DNA from: Candidatus Omnitrophota bacterium
GTDB lineage: Bacteria > Omnitrophota > Gorgyraeia > Gygaellales > Profunditerraquicolaceae
Direction: 5' to 3'
Assembly (NCBI GenBank): GCA_016208765.1
Contig: JACQXK010000004.1
Span: 148,243-212,242, forward strand
Length of the DNA: 64,000 bases
The translations under genes and the position numbers were made by a program. The notes under the pieces were generated by a model. That model saw only the letters and a program-made list of their open reading frames with translations, did no database searches and had not been told where the DNA came from. This document shows, piece after piece, positions 17,201 through 32,200 of this stretch (positions are counted from its first letter, which is position 1; each line of letters begins with the position of its first letter).

Positions 17201-20200
17201 ATCCGGAGAAAATAATAAAGAAAGCACTGAGAATAAAAATGGTAAAAATAAGAAGAAGTGTTGAGGATTTATGTTTGAGGTTTGATAAAATGCTAAAGAA
17301 TCTATAAGGAACCCAACGCGGACGTCTTTCTAACCTACCGTTAATTGACATTGATTCTTCATAACTAATTATGGCATCACGGGTATTACGGACATACTCA
17401 ACAAATCTATCCCATTTTGCGTCTGCTTCCGGATCTCCAAACCTGGGAATTTCAAAATAATATTCACTAAAGTCAAAATAACGCGGTTTCTGCTCCTTTG
17501 GTTTAACCTGAAACCCATCCGGCAAAACCAGATAAATAGCAATAAGGTAGCCATCGCTGTTATATAAAAGTTCAAATTCAGCAGTATTTAACAATTCAAA
17601 CGGAAGAATATCCAGCCCTTGCGGAGCATTAAACCTATCCTCCAACTCAGGAACCTGAATCCTGTGTATAGTGAGGTTATTTGGCCCCTTCCTGATAGAA
17701 ACCCAATAAGCCTGCTCCAGATCTAGAACAGACAAAAGTTCCCATGCTGGCATTCTCTGAACTTTTTCTGCAATTTCTCCCGAGATAACCCGAGGGACAA
17801 GATGAGAAATATCTGTTGCGATTTTTTCATTAGCTTCTTTTGCTACCGCGGATGATGCGCCCCGCTTACCCACTGTCCCGATTGGGTTGGAAACTGTTTC
17901 CCGATTGGGTTGGAAACTGTTTCCTTTCTCGTTTCGTAATGAATGCAATGCCACTTCTAAGAAATCAGGGTTATTCGTCAAGTATTCTACAATTCCAACA
18001 TTTAGCCCAAATCCTGTTGGTCGTGAAAACCTCTTATCAGTACATAATAAACATGAAACGAGCCACGTCCACTCATGATCTTTTCTTACCACACGGACAT
18101 ATTTATTTATTACCAACCTGATAGTTTCGTAAGAGAGGTTAAAATCACCGTTAAATTTCCGGTATCCTTTACCTGTAATTCTAATTTGAATTATTTTCCA
18201 ATCGCGCTCCCTTTGCTCGTTGCTTCTATACCGCAGGTGATTACAAACACCTGCTAAATAATTAATTAAATACTCCTTTAATTTTAAAAGCTCCCCACCA
18301 AGTATTGATTCTAATGCAAGTTCCTCGGAAGACTTGCCACTTGCAGGAATGCTGTCTATTTTATTTTCATCTTCTCTTCCGGGATTGGGGGCATCTAATG
18401 TCAATATTTCCCTTTTTGCTTTGTTGAGTTCAGTTAAAGCCTCGGCCTTTACTCTTCTTGCGATATAACGCTCCAAGGCGTAATCTAACCTTAACCCATG
18501 AAGGACTTTTTCCGGGTCAAAACATTCTATTGATCTGTATAACGCCTTTAGCCCGGCCTTATCAAACCTATCATTCTTTTCCTCGTTCCCAGGGAAAATC
18601 ACTCTTTTTATTGTTTTTGCAATCACATAATTATAGATATTTGCTAAAACTATTCGCGCTGCGGCATTGCCTCTTTTTACTTCAATAATCAACTGACGAA
18701 TTTCGTCATTTCTTAAATCCGGTGTTCTACTTGTATTCTGCGACTTCACAACTAATTCATCTATCTTTTCCTTACCGATAATCCTATAAACAGCATCTGG
18801 GTCATCACAAGATTGGCTCCATGGAGGATAACAACTTTGAGCTCTTGGATTATACAAACCCTGCTCCTGAACCGTATCAATTATCTTAAGCATTTTCTTA
18901 AGGGCTATTACTTTTTCAGTAAGGCTATTTCCTTTCATTAATGCCAAAGTCGGAGTAAATCTCCTTGGATAGCAATCCCACAGAGAAATTTCTCTCAAAA
19001 AATGAGTAGGAAGCAAGCTTCCAGGGCCTTCTAACTCACAAGTTTTTGAGATTTCAATCAAAATAGCCAACAATGCTTCTTTTGATACAGTCTTCCATCT
19101 GATCAAAATACAGTTTTCTAAACAGCTCCGCACAAAATCCAAATCTTGATAACACCTACCCTCACCAATAAACCCTGTTTCTCTTTCCGCAGACGAGGAA
19201 TAATTCTCTACAGCAGAACTTGAGCTGCTTGGAGTAACATTTTTCCACCATTCATAAAGCGCATGATAATGCAAAGCATTCTCCCGCTCTACACCAAAAT
19301 CTATGTAGCTAGATAATATGTAACGCGCGTTTTCGTTAATTAATATGGGAACCCACGCTTTATGCTCTTTAGACAAACCTACCCAAAGCCTAATAATGTT
19401 TTCTTTACTAAACCTATGATCCACCAACAAACACTGGATAAGATAGGCAAGAAATTCCGGATGGATAGTCTTTAATGAACCTCCGATATTTAAATAATCA
19501 GCCTGAAATAATTTCAACAGCGCTTCCCATAGCAGATCAGGGCGATGATAGTAAACAAACTCAATATACTCAGCTGAATCTTCGCCATAACTCACCATTT
19601 CTAACATTTTCATCTCAACATGCCGAAAATCATCAAGGCTCTTAGTTCCCCAGACAATTGACATCATCCCGGATGGCAATTTCCAACCCACCTGCCAATG
19701 AGGGCATGAATCAAGATAAATCTCACAAAGCCCATCCTCAAATAATCTTTGTTTAAGCCTGTGCTCAATATACCCGCCAAAATATTGATCTACATAGTTC
19801 TCAAAGATATCATTCATGCCGAAAGAACGATTTAAATTAATTGCATACACATTCATATTTTGCTTTTTTAAGAAATGAATAAACACCAAGACATCATTAA
19901 TAGATACATCAATTTCTGAAAAATCACGCGGCGTGTAACTGGGAACTTTTGTGCACTGGAAATAATCATAATCAATTGTAACAATTACGGGAGTTGTTAT
20001 TTCTTTAGCTAATAATTTATTTTTAACTCTCGTAATATCATTATCCAAAATAAATTGAATATCCTGTTTTGCCTTGGCATCCTCACATCCTGTATTCCAA
20101 TATGGATATATTTGTATAATATCCTTAACAGTCCCTCTATTAAGTGCAGCTGCCAACCAATTATTATTATAAACCTCTACTCCACAGAAGGCCGTGTCTC

Positions 20201-23200
20201 CGTGATTATCAAAATTAACAACTACAAATGGAGCATCCGGATTTTCCCTCATCCAATAAAATAAATTTTTATGTTCATCTGTTAACAATAAAGTGGGTTT
20301 TCCTGCGCTTGATTTTGTCTCCTGCAATAGCGGGCTTGAAACACGAATTTCTCTTCTATGTTTCTTAAAACAATTTCTAAACTGTTTAACATCACGATAT
20401 AAATATACTGAAAGCATATTTTTCTGGCGGGGATCAGCGATAATTCGTAAATAACCAAGGCAAAATACAACTGTGGCATTAATTTGAAAGCTTTTAGTTA
20501 CAGTTAAATACGGCTCAAAATCATAATAATTATTAATGCTCTCTATGGCCCCTAAAACAAGAACTATTTCTAGTTTAACACCATCAATTAATACTAAATT
20601 AATTGCCTGCTCAAAAGCGTCACGAATACAGCATTCCCATAAACCGCCGGTTAAAAATAATGTAACTTTGCCGGTAGAATAATTACTCTTGAGCAAACTA
20701 GCAAAATCAACAAGATTGCTAAAATCAGACGATAGCTTATAAAAATCAGTTTCTCCTTCAATAATAAAACCCATTTTTTCTATTGCTTCAATCATCCTGC
20801 GCCTGGCATTATTATGCTCAGCCTTGCAATCCTTAAAACCAAACATACATACTTTTTCTTTTCTTATTGCTGAGGAAACGCCATCAGCTTTCTTGGCTTC
20901 TTCAGGAATAAAGCGTGTTTCTATTCTCTCCACCGCCGAGGAGACGCGGTTCTGCTGCTTAAGGTTTAATTTGTAATGTTTAGTGTTTAGACCAGCGGCT
21001 AATAACTCCGTTGGAGAAGAAATAACAGGGCTGCTGGAATCATCACAACCTTCTTCCTCGGAATCAACGCTGGGAAATTCTAATCTCTCAGACTCTTTTT
21101 CAATACGTTCAGCAACTTTAACCAACAATTTCTTGACCTTGTTACATACTAAAGAAATTCTAATTCTTTCTCTTCCCGGTAAATCATCAATTGCTTTTTT
21201 ATTCTGACTGCGGAAAGAAGCCAAATCTGTAGACAAGGATTCTAATTGTGATAAAACACCTTCTAATTGATCTTTATCAAAAGAGTTTATCTCTTCGCTG
21301 ATAGTGGCAAGATCTGTTTCGGCATCAGAAACAATACTAAGATCTAAGAGTGAAATTCCTAGTGCAGGAGGCAATGGAACAGTTTTCTTTAGAAAAGATT
21401 TTCTGGGTTTATTTTCCGGGGAAGCATGCGGTGCAGGCTGATAATTTTCTAATATCTTCTTATATGTCCTGCACCCGAAGAGGATCGGGAAAACCCTTTC
21501 TCCAAAAATGTCAATTGTTGGTGAAATACCCTGCCTGAGCACACTCTCTAACGGCAAGCTGTACCTGATATTGCCGTGCTTCCCTACTAAATCATACAAT
21601 TCCTGTTCCAACTCATCTTTTAAGTCATTGCGCAGAAAAAAGAAATCAATTATTGCCTTGGCAAGTCCGGCCAAGTCATCTACTTTGCTCTGGATAGTAC
21701 AGCCACGAAATCCGATATAATTAAATACCCTCTGTACGGGCTCAAGCGCAGCAAATTCTTTAAGGCGCGCCTGCTCTATTTGTCCGGCGGTAATTTTATC
21801 CTGCAGATCACACCAATCATCATCATTCTTTGGCTCCGGAATACTAAATATTCTGGCTACTTGGCCGCGGCTCAAAGCAACCCTGCCCAGATCTTTCCAT
21901 AATAGTTCCTCATTAATTATAGGAGGCGCTAAGATTTTCGCCGGAGGCTTAGCTCCCGGCACAAGTTTAGCTGCCGGCGCAGGAATACCAGGCTGACTAT
22001 CCGGTTGAGATAAAAGCTTTCTTGCCCGGCTAATGTTGCGCTCTACAGCCGAACGCTTCATTCCCAATGCCCGCGCAATCTCATCAACAAAAGGAACTCC
22101 TTGATCCAGATTAACTTCGGCTAAGCCTCTAAGGTGTTCGGCAATTTCTTTGGGGTAATTCCGCACTCTGCTTCTTTTCGCCTCTGCTTTAGACTGAAAG
22201 ATAGCAACAGCTGTTTTCACTCTCTCATCACTGGAGCCTTGTAATAAAGTTAAGGCTCTTTTTAAATGCGTAGAAAAACTCCTGCCGGTCAAACTTAAAG
22301 CCTTGCCGATCTCTTGCCGCGAAGGAAGAGCCTGGCGCAAAGGATCTTCTCTAAATAAACCAGAGACATAATCATATATTTCCCGGGTGTAATCTCGTGC
22401 AGTTCTTCTTTGGCGCCGCTTCTCCACCTTCCAGGTTAAAATTGCTCCCAAGATTCTTTTATCTTGCGTAGCCTCCAATAAATCCAGGGCTTCATTAAAA
22501 TATGCATAAACCGTAGAAACACTGCAAATCAACTTCTCTGCAATCTGTGCAACAGCAGGAAAAACATTAAGCTCCGGATTATCCGCAAATAATTTTTGCA
22601 GATAATCTGCGATTGCCTGCGGAAAGTTCTCCTGCCTGATGCCAGATTCCGGATGAGCCCTTCTCCATGATAAAACTGCCGTATTTATCCGCTCTCCCTC
22701 TTCGGATTCAAGGATCTTTAAAGCAGCTTCCATGAATTTATAAACTGTATCTTCCGTTATATCCAAAGCTTGGGCGATTTCCGCTTTTTCCGGCAGCTGT
22801 TTACGTTCAGGGTCATTTGAAAAAAGTTTTAGAATAAAATTAGCGATTTCCCGAGGGCAATCTGCATACTCCACCTTTGGCTTATCCTGTAAATACGGCC
22901 ATTGCGCGACCGCCATGTTTATCCTTTGATCGCCGAGCGCACTCAAAATTGCTAATGCCTCCGGCAAATGATCCGTGGCATTACCATGATCCATATGTAA
23001 TACCTGAGCAATATCTAATAAAGAAGGAAATGTTTTTAAATCCGGATTGTCACTCAACAGGCCCTGCATATGATTCGCCAGATCCTGGCTGTAATCACGC
23101 TGGGTGGCAGCACTTCTTTTATGTTTATACCAATGGGTTAAAGCAGTTTGTATCCGCCCATCTGGATTAGCTTTAAGTAAACCGAGCGCCTCTGAGAAAT

Positions 23201-26200
23201 TCCTGCCAACCATCACTCGGCCGGCTGCGATTCCTACGGAGATCTCCTCCTGAGAAGGCAGGTATATTTTCTCCGGGTCATGCTCAAATAGCCCTTCCAC
23301 AAATGCCGCGATCTCTATAGCATAATCCCTGGCCTTGCTCCTTCTTCTTCCCATGTGCGTTCCGAGATTTTTAATTGCCCGGTTTATTGCAGGATTACCT
23401 AATGCCTGTAATCTGACTAAAACCTTGGGAAAATAAGCAGCGATATAATCTTCTTCTAATCTTAGCGCTTCAGCGATTTCAACCTTCAACGGCATAATCC
23501 TGCGCTCAGGTTCCATCCCAAATAAATCTACAAGATAATCCACGACCATCTGGATACCTCTATTTTGACAGTCCAGATAATTTTTTTCGTGTTTCTGACG
23601 CCAGCTGCTAACAGCATTCTTTATCCGGAGATGATCCAGCCTATCCAATAAAATTAATACTTCATCAAAATAAAGAAATACTGTCAGCTTGTTCACCTCT
23701 AAGGCCTTGGATATTTGCCCGATATTCGGCAAACCAATAACATCAGGATTATCTGCAAAATACTTTATGATATAAGGGCTGACTTTCGCTAATAATTTAT
23801 CTTTTGACCTGGAGGGAGTAAACTTTTGCCCAAAACCTTCTCCATGTTCTTTTAACAAATCTGCGGCTATTGCCGCAACAATCCTTTGATCTCCTTCTTT
23901 TAATAATGCTCGTAAGGCCTGTTTGAAATCGCGATGAACAGTTGAGATGCTAATAGTTAACGCAGCAGCAATCTCGCTTCCTGCCGGCAGTTCCGTGCGT
24001 CCGGCGTCTTGGCTGAAACACCCCCTGATATGATCAACAATCATTTGCACGTAATCTTTGCTCTCTCTTCTGCTTCTATTTTCATACCGATTAACAGCTT
24101 GTAATAGTCTTTCATTCCCGGAATTCTTTGCCAATCCCAGCGCCTCTTCGTAATTTCCCTGTATATTTGCTATGGTTAAGGTAAGAGCTTGGCTAATCTC
24201 TTCTTGATAAGGCAATTCCGTACAAGAAACATCTGCCTCAAAAACCTGCCTAAAATACTCTGCTATTCTTGGCGCGTGATTTGTTCTTTTACGCCCGAGA
24301 GAAACACTCTTTGTCTTGGTTGCTCCACTCCAGCAGGCGCCTAAAATTGCCGCATTAATCCGGGGATCGGCCAATTCTTCAAGCAATGCGATTATCCGGC
24401 CTGAATTATGGCTAACTGTTTCTCTGCTCATACCCAAAGCTGCTGCGATTTCTGTTTGTAACGGAAGGGTCTCTCGTTCGGGTTCATTTCTAAATAAACC
24501 TTGCAGGTAATTCGCAGCTTCCCGAGCATAGCACCTTTCTTGATGCGCCGCTCTCCACCCTGCTACTGCTTCTCTTACTCTTTGATTTTCTGAATCCTCT
24601 AATAATCCCAGTGCTGTAGAGAAATGCTTACTCACGCCTCCAACACTCATCTTTAAGTCTGCTGCAATCTGCGGCTGAAATGGCAATTCTTTACGGTCCT
24701 TTCTGATCCGAAATGAATCTTCAATGTACCCTGCAATTTCAACGGCAAAATTACGCTGCCTGCGTGAATTTTGATCGCCAAAACTCTTACGCCATAAAGC
24801 TACAGCGTGCTTAATTCTTTCCTCGCCTACACTCACTAATAGGCACAACGCTGCTTCATAATGCCCGGATACCGTCATCACATTTAAAGAAAGCTGCCTA
24901 CCGATTTCTGCCTGCGTAGGTAAATTTTCTCTCCTTGGCTGCTGACTGAATAAATTTTTCACGCACTCTGCTATTGCTTGTGGGGTTTTCTCTTTGGCTA
25001 TTAAAGTTGCTATACGTATACGAACATCATTAATTTGCATTAATCTCATAAGCAAATCTGCCCAATAATTAACAGAAATGGTTTCCTGACAATATCCTAC
25101 TTCTAAACCAATCTCTCTTTGCGTGGGCAATCTTATAGCTTCCGGGTTCTTCACAAAATAATCCAAAATATATGCCAATATTCTTTGTATAATTTCCTCC
25201 TTACGCGCATCCTCCTGAGATAATGGCGCAGGTTTTCTTGCAGGCGCCGGGTATAACGCAGGTGCAGGTTTTACAGGTGCCACAGGCCTGGCATCCGGCA
25301 CAGGACCAGCCAAGATTCTCTTTGCTAATTCAAGATTTAACAGATTCATTTGGTCAGTTAAGCTTCTATCAGCGCTTAACACTGCCTCCGCTACTTCTAA
25401 TGCAAGCCCGCTCTCTTCAGCAATTTCCCGAGGATTAACCATCAGCCCTTTTGCTTCGATAACTACCATTGCGTCAACAACTGCTCTCCTTGCTTCCGAT
25501 GTTTGTATCGGTTTACCTTCATTCCCTGTGCCCTGCGCTGGCTGAGCTTGTGCGCCTCTGAATATCGTTTCTAATTCAGGTTCTTTATTCATAAGCCTAA
25601 AGAAAAGTGACCTGTTGAGACCAACCTTAGCCACCAGTGCATCAATAGTTACTGGCTCTTGATTAGACACCATTGCATCAATAGCTTTCTTCAGCGTGCG
25701 GCACTGACTCAGGGCAATTTCTTTTTTTAACTCAGGGCTATCCCGTAAAACATCAAATAAATTATGGCGATCCAAAACTCCCAGTTCATTCGCAAGCCTA
25801 TGCGTAGTAACAGGTAAACAACACCCTTTCTCTTCATATCTATGAAGCGCATTCCTTATCTGATCTTCCTGGGCATTCCTTAAAGTACTTCTGACAAGAT
25901 CAAGCCCCAGGCACGCCTGCAAATCATCAGGGCGCAATCCGGTAGCTGTTAACAATACCCGATTACTGATAAAAGCCCCATTCAGCAGATTCGGGATTAT
26001 ATTCTCAACCACCCATTTACCTCGGGCAAGCTCAACTGCTTTTCTTTGAACAGGATTCATCATGATAATCTCAGAAATAGTCCTGCGGTCTATGCCTGAA
26101 TAATCTGAAATTGCCATAATACAGGGAAAGGCATTTTCCGGAAGCGGCAGAAGTTCATTTATTAATACTGATAGGGCATACCAAGCATGCTCATCAATAT

Positions 26201-29200
26201 ATAATCCCAAAACCTGAAGCATCCTTATCCAGTTGCGCCAGATAACTAACTCGGATTTTCCCAAATCATTTCCCGCCACTTTTTTATCTAAATTAATTCC
26301 CGGCTCAGAAAAGTATTTAAATTTGTAGGTAAAGTAAGCTGCCATTGCTTCAGAATTACTATCTTCAAACGCTAAAAGCGCAATATTAATTCTTTCTGCC
26401 AAGGGGCCTGCCTGTGTATCCCGGTAAATTCTGAGGATCTCTACCACAGGCATTCTGCCTGTGCTGATACGTTTGCGTAATTTTCTTTCACTTCCCAAGG
26501 CCTCTGCCTTACCAGGAAAATAATAACGCTGCGGTTCTCTTTCAAAAAATTCAAGAATTTCCTCAGCCACTGGCACAGAGTTTCTAAGCGCGGCCTGTTG
26601 CCTGAATTCATCTGGTAGAATTTCTAAAAGTTCTTCTAAGCGAGATTTCTTTTCTTGCTGGGGCGGGGATCCATGTTCTGCTCCAGTGCCGACTTTCTTA
26701 TAGAAAAACGAATATAAGGTAGGGGAAATTATTCCGAGCTCTTCGGCTATCTTTTTTACACCACGGCCTTCACATAATCTTAAATGAACTGCCTGCTTTA
26801 TTTGGAATGATTTATAAACACCACAAAGCCTTGATAATTGAACTTGTTCTAGTGCCGGGAAAATGTGATCTTCTATCTCCTGATTGCTAAATTTTCCTGT
26901 CAATGAGCCGAGGCTAAAAGATGAGTTTTGCCTGATTAAACATTCAATAAGCCTGTCATAAATACTATTTGTTTTTGAAATAGTAATAAATTGTTCCTTG
27001 GCATTGCTTAATCTTCTGGCAACAGTAACAATCCCAAAACCTAATTTCTTGCCGACCTGGCCACGCTCCTGCCTTGGGTTAGAATAAAAAAGTTCTAAAA
27101 CGATTTTGATTTCACGCATCCGCCAGTCATCAACCGGCCACTGATACAAAACCTGCCTAAATATTTGCCGTACTTCTGGATTGCCATCCTTTAATGACTC
27201 CAAAATAAAATCCATCAAGTTTGTTTCAATCTCAATTCTTAGTTTATTAAGAACTATTTGCTGTGCCTCGGGAGAAAGCAGGGAATAAAGAATTCCGCTA
27301 AATAGGCCTTCTTTGGCAGATATTTGCTTAGGTTCTTTTGGATCTGCCTTTACAAAAGACGCATCTGTGGATAAATCTTCTTTAGGGCTCACTGGAAGAG
27401 TATTCCCTGCCGTCGCTTGAGTAGGCAACAAATCTTCCGGTTTTATTATTTTTACTTTTCCCGGCCGCCGAAATTTATCCGTAGGCCTTCTATAATAAAA
27501 TGCCCTCTTAGGTTTTTCTACCGGCCTTTCGGGGTCTTTTGGAGTTGGTTTTGCTGCAGCTGCAGGCAGAGATGGAATTTCTGATTTTGCTTTTGCCTGG
27601 CTCTTTGATGGCTTTAACGATTCTATATGCCTATCTGCTTCTGTTGAATATACAAATCTGGTAGCTGGCTCTTGTTTGGATGGGGCAGGCTGTCTATTTT
27701 TCTGAACAAGCGGAGGAACGGTTGTAACTTGTGCCTGCGATAGCTGAGGTTCTGATTCGGTTACTGCTGGATTCACCGGAGGTTCTGATTTAATTGTTTG
27801 TTGCGGCTGTGTTGGGGCTTGCGACTTTGGCGATGCGAGAAGCATAGGCATTTCCACAGGCTCTGAAACTTCAAAACGCAGCTTAGCGCCGTATTCTCTT
27901 AGCGCAAGGAATGCTTTATATCTTTTCCAAAGCTGCTGCTCTTGATCCTGACAAAATGCTTTTAGCGTTTCTATCTCTGTAGAGTAATGAGCTCTGATTT
28001 GTGCTGCTAAGTTTTTCTCTGAAAACAAAAGATTACTATCAGTAATAAATCTAGCAATATCTTCATAATCAGCTTCAACCTTAACTGTAGATAGAGCTTG
28101 TTTAGCCTGGTGTGGTTGAGACGGAGCAACTGGTTGAAATTTAATATCTTGCGGCTTTGTTGTTGAAGGCGCTGCTGGTTTAACCGTTGTTGGCGCTGGC
28201 GGAGGCCGGGGAGCTTGTGCTGGGATTACCGGCTTTTCAATAACCGGTGGTTGAATTGTTTTAGGCTGTTCATCAACTAGTTCTTCCGACCCTTGTAACT
28301 GGTGAGCTACTGGTTTTGCTGCCGGTTCTGGTTTAGGTAAAGTCTTTTCTACTTCTGCCCCTGGAGCTGGTACAAATGGCGCTGTCGGTTTAGGCGTTGC
28401 TGCTTCTTTTTCTGCCTCAGAAGCTAATTCCATAAACATGTCTTTTTTACCTTTCAACTGCGAATGCCCGGGGATTCTATTTTCTTCACACTCTTCTAAA
28501 ACTCCAGCTATTTCAAAATATATTTCAGCCCTATCCGGGTTCTTTGATATTTCTCCGGTATTATGCGCCTTAAAATAATATAATGCCGCCGAGCGTAAAT
28601 TTCCTTGCTGATAATGCTCTCTTGCCATCTCAAGATTTGTTTGGGTAGCTGGCTGCACTGCACTGCTTGCTTTTCCATGCTTAACCTTACAGAAAGAATT
28701 AGGCAGGCGGCCGGAAGGATACTGGTTCAGCCCTACAACATCGCAGAACTTGCCGACTTTTGCTATATATATTCCGTTTTCTATTTCTAATACAAAATAT
28801 AATTTATTCGGTATTTGCCCACTATCATTCTTAACACAACATACATCGCCATGTTGAAGAACTTCTCTGATTAATAAAAGCACGTCTCTTGTATTGGTAA
28901 TTTTGCCACCTTTAACGACCGCGCCAAAAAATCCTTTTCCAATACGATCATAACTACTCTTTTGAATTATATGTTCACTGATCTCTCCCCAGCCAAAAGC
29001 AGGGCGCTCTCCTGAACCAACCGACTTACAACCCATAGGCAACACAATCAAATCCATAAAGTCTGCTCGACGGCCATGATGGGACATGCGCCATCCTAAT
29101 TCTAGTCCTTCTCTTTCAACAATTAACAGCGGCCTAAACCAATCATCAAATTTTGTAGGGGGAATACCCGCCTTTTCTGCAATCGCAAAGAACTTTGTTA

Positions 29201-32200
29201 ACAGTCTAGCATCAATGATCGAATCATTTGTAAAACCGCTTTCTTCTTTTATGGCAGAGCTGGAATTTTGAAGAAGCTGTCCGCAAACCTTCTTCCCCGC
29301 CGTGGTAATCGCAGAAGAAGATGCGCCTTGCTGCAATCTTTTCAGTTCTTCTCTTACAGTTTGGAGAAATTTTTCAGGTGCAGTTAACGGATTGTTAACA
29401 AGACCTGCTAAGGTTAATCTTGCCTCTTCTCTTCTTGTTTTTGATAACGACCCTGCCACTTCACCATAATGGTGTATTGCCAGCCGCCGTAAATTACATG
29501 ATTGATTTGGATCCTTGAATATCTTAGAACACAAAAATAGCCTCTTAACAGGATTATTCTCTCTTCCAAATGTAGCAAGGAAAATATCTATATCATCTTC
29601 TGTTTTCTGTGGAAGAGATTTGCGGCCATAATTTCCTTTCTTACTCCGAGGGATAACCACTCTTGGGTCATCTGTCCTCTTTTTAGAATCTTCAACTTCA
29701 ACCTCAGCCTGCCAATCTGCAAAAATTACAGGCAAAATAGCCTTGATCTCCAGCTCAAGAGAAGCCCTGAACGCGTTATCACATAATAAAGCCGTTTCAT
29801 TAACAACATTAACATGCTTTAAAAGCCCGAGAATATCGCCTATCAATTCTTCTTTTTCAGAATTAAATATACTGAGCAACCTTTCCTCAGTGCACGTCTG
29901 GACTGCTAAACATTCAATAATCAACCTGTTATCAATTATCCTTGCCCTGAATGTTTTTTGAGTAAGTAATAATTCTCTAACTGTTGTTAAGCGCCTCGCC
30001 ATGGAACTGGTTAATATTTCTTTTATTCTATTTGAGTTTAAATTGGGAAATTCGCTCAGGCTTAGATCATTAGCAAGTAAGAGGACGGCTTCTTGACGTA
30101 AATTCTTTAAATCAGCAAATATTTCAGCTGGATCATTTGTTATCGTCATAGTATCTGTATCAACAACCTCAAAAACTCTTAAGGCATAATCCAGCCCAAA
30201 ATATTCAAGATAAAAAGGCATATACCTTGATATGCAGTCTAAAACTAAATGCGGCAGAACTTCCGATAAAATATTTTCTTCATTATCGCCCTTGTTATAA
30301 GCTTGCGCAACCAATACGCCGGCAAAGTCTTCATTTCGCCAGCCGAAGAAATTATGCAATCCATTGATAAATGGCGCCAAGGCCTGCCAGGCTGCATTAT
30401 GATATGATTCCCATGTTTTAATCTCCTCTTGAGACTGCTTGTCAAGATCAACTTTATTTACCGCTTCCTTCTTTTTTTCTTCTTCTTTGGTTTGATCAAA
30501 TAACTGCTCTAATGCCGCTCTTGATCCCTCTTCCTGTCTTTTCCGGCTTAGCATATATCTTTCCATTTCCTGGTCAGCTTGTGCAAGAAATTCTGCAGCA
30601 GTAGGCCTGCTTTCTTTCTCTAAATAGGCCCTTTCTGCTGCTTCTGCATAAGCCAAAAACTCTGCTTCCTGCGCCCGAAGCTTCAGCCAACAATCATTAA
30701 ACAAATTATCAAGGCCCTCTCTAATTTGTGCTGCTTGCTGTGCTCTTAGGTATTTCGCTTCTGCCAAAGCCTTTTGCTGTGCATTTCTCAACTGCTCTAA
30801 TTTTGCCTGTAATTCCACAAATCGCCTGCCTAACTCCGGCATCTCGGCAAGAATTTTCCTGGCCTTTTTGCCATTACCCTTACTTGAAGGCGCAATTTTC
30901 AAAGCTTCATTCGCCAAGTCAAGAGCGTCTATCTGATCAAATTTTGCCAATTGCTCTAAAGCATTAAACAAAGGATCCAACTGCCTGGCTTTCCATTCTT
31001 TCTTCTTTCTTAAAACCCCTATTTCCTCCTGGGCAACCCTTGATAATTCATCAACCAAAAGCCTTGTTTCTATATTGGCTGCCTGCTCCGGAGTCAGAAG
31101 CGCAATTCCTGAAACAACTATCTCGCGCGAAATCTCATTTTGCCGCAGCCGCTTAAATAAATTTTCAGCGCTGGTGCCGGTGACTAATTCTATATGGATC
31201 ATATTGGTGATTGTCGGGCCTAAGTCCAAAGTTATTTCTCCATCCTTTTTAATAACCTTCTTCCCCTGAGATGCAAATACAAACTCCAAACCTTCTTCAT
31301 CGCGCCCAATGGTTTTAAATAAAGAATACTTTAGAAAATAGTAAGTTGTTAAATAGGGAGCATCATTTATAAGTGCATCAACGATAATTAACCCCTCTTC
31401 ACATTTTTTATTCTCACGACAATAATCAAGAAGGCTGGCGATAGCCAGATGCAGATGGCCGTCAAGGTTCTGGATTGATTTTGCCGGCTGCTCAACCCGA
31501 TACAAGAATAATAATGCCCTTAACATGGCGCTGCTCCTGGTGACGGAAGAAACAGGCCTTGCCAGGCTTAAGGCCAAATCAAAAATCTGCGTAGCAAGGG
31601 TTTTTCTTCTCAGAGGATCTACGATCTCATCCAAACCATGATTCAAGAAGCCGCCAAATTTCCCTGCCTGAAAGAATACCGTCAGATACGGCAAACGGCC
31701 ATTAGAATCAGAACTTAACTCTGCCAGCAAATCATTTGCTTCTTTTTGCAAAATTGAATCACACGGATAACCTTTTAATATCGCCTCTTGCACTGTTAAC
31801 AAAGCATCCTTGTATCTTCCAAGCAGTTTCAGGGCCTCAAATTTATTCAAATATATTGCAAAACCTGGCCCTGCAGCTAAAGCCAAATCATAATGTTTCA
31901 GGGCTTCTTCATAACAGCCATAAACAGAGTAGGCATACCCTATGGCATCCTGAAGGCTGGCGCGGATCTGCGGATCATTCACTAATGCCTGCATCCTGCT
32001 AAATGTTACTATTGTGTTAAGATTCCTCCCTTGCTGGCGATAGATTGTGGCCTGAAATTCTAATAAAGCGATAATAATTGTGCCTGCTCCTTGCTTTACC
32101 CTGACTTTCGCGGTTAGGCCTTCTGCAAAAACAAGAGCCTCAGCAGGCATTCTCATTGCTACGAAATGCCGGCACAAGTTTTCAAGCATCCTTGCCAGGA

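Noticed and set aside
26695-26795. Transposase or mobile element suggested by the homeodomain-like HTH (GVKKIAEELGIISPTLYSFF)
   Set aside because: No DDE or serine-recombinase catalytic motifs, no terminal inverted repeats. The HTH is in frame within the giant ORF.
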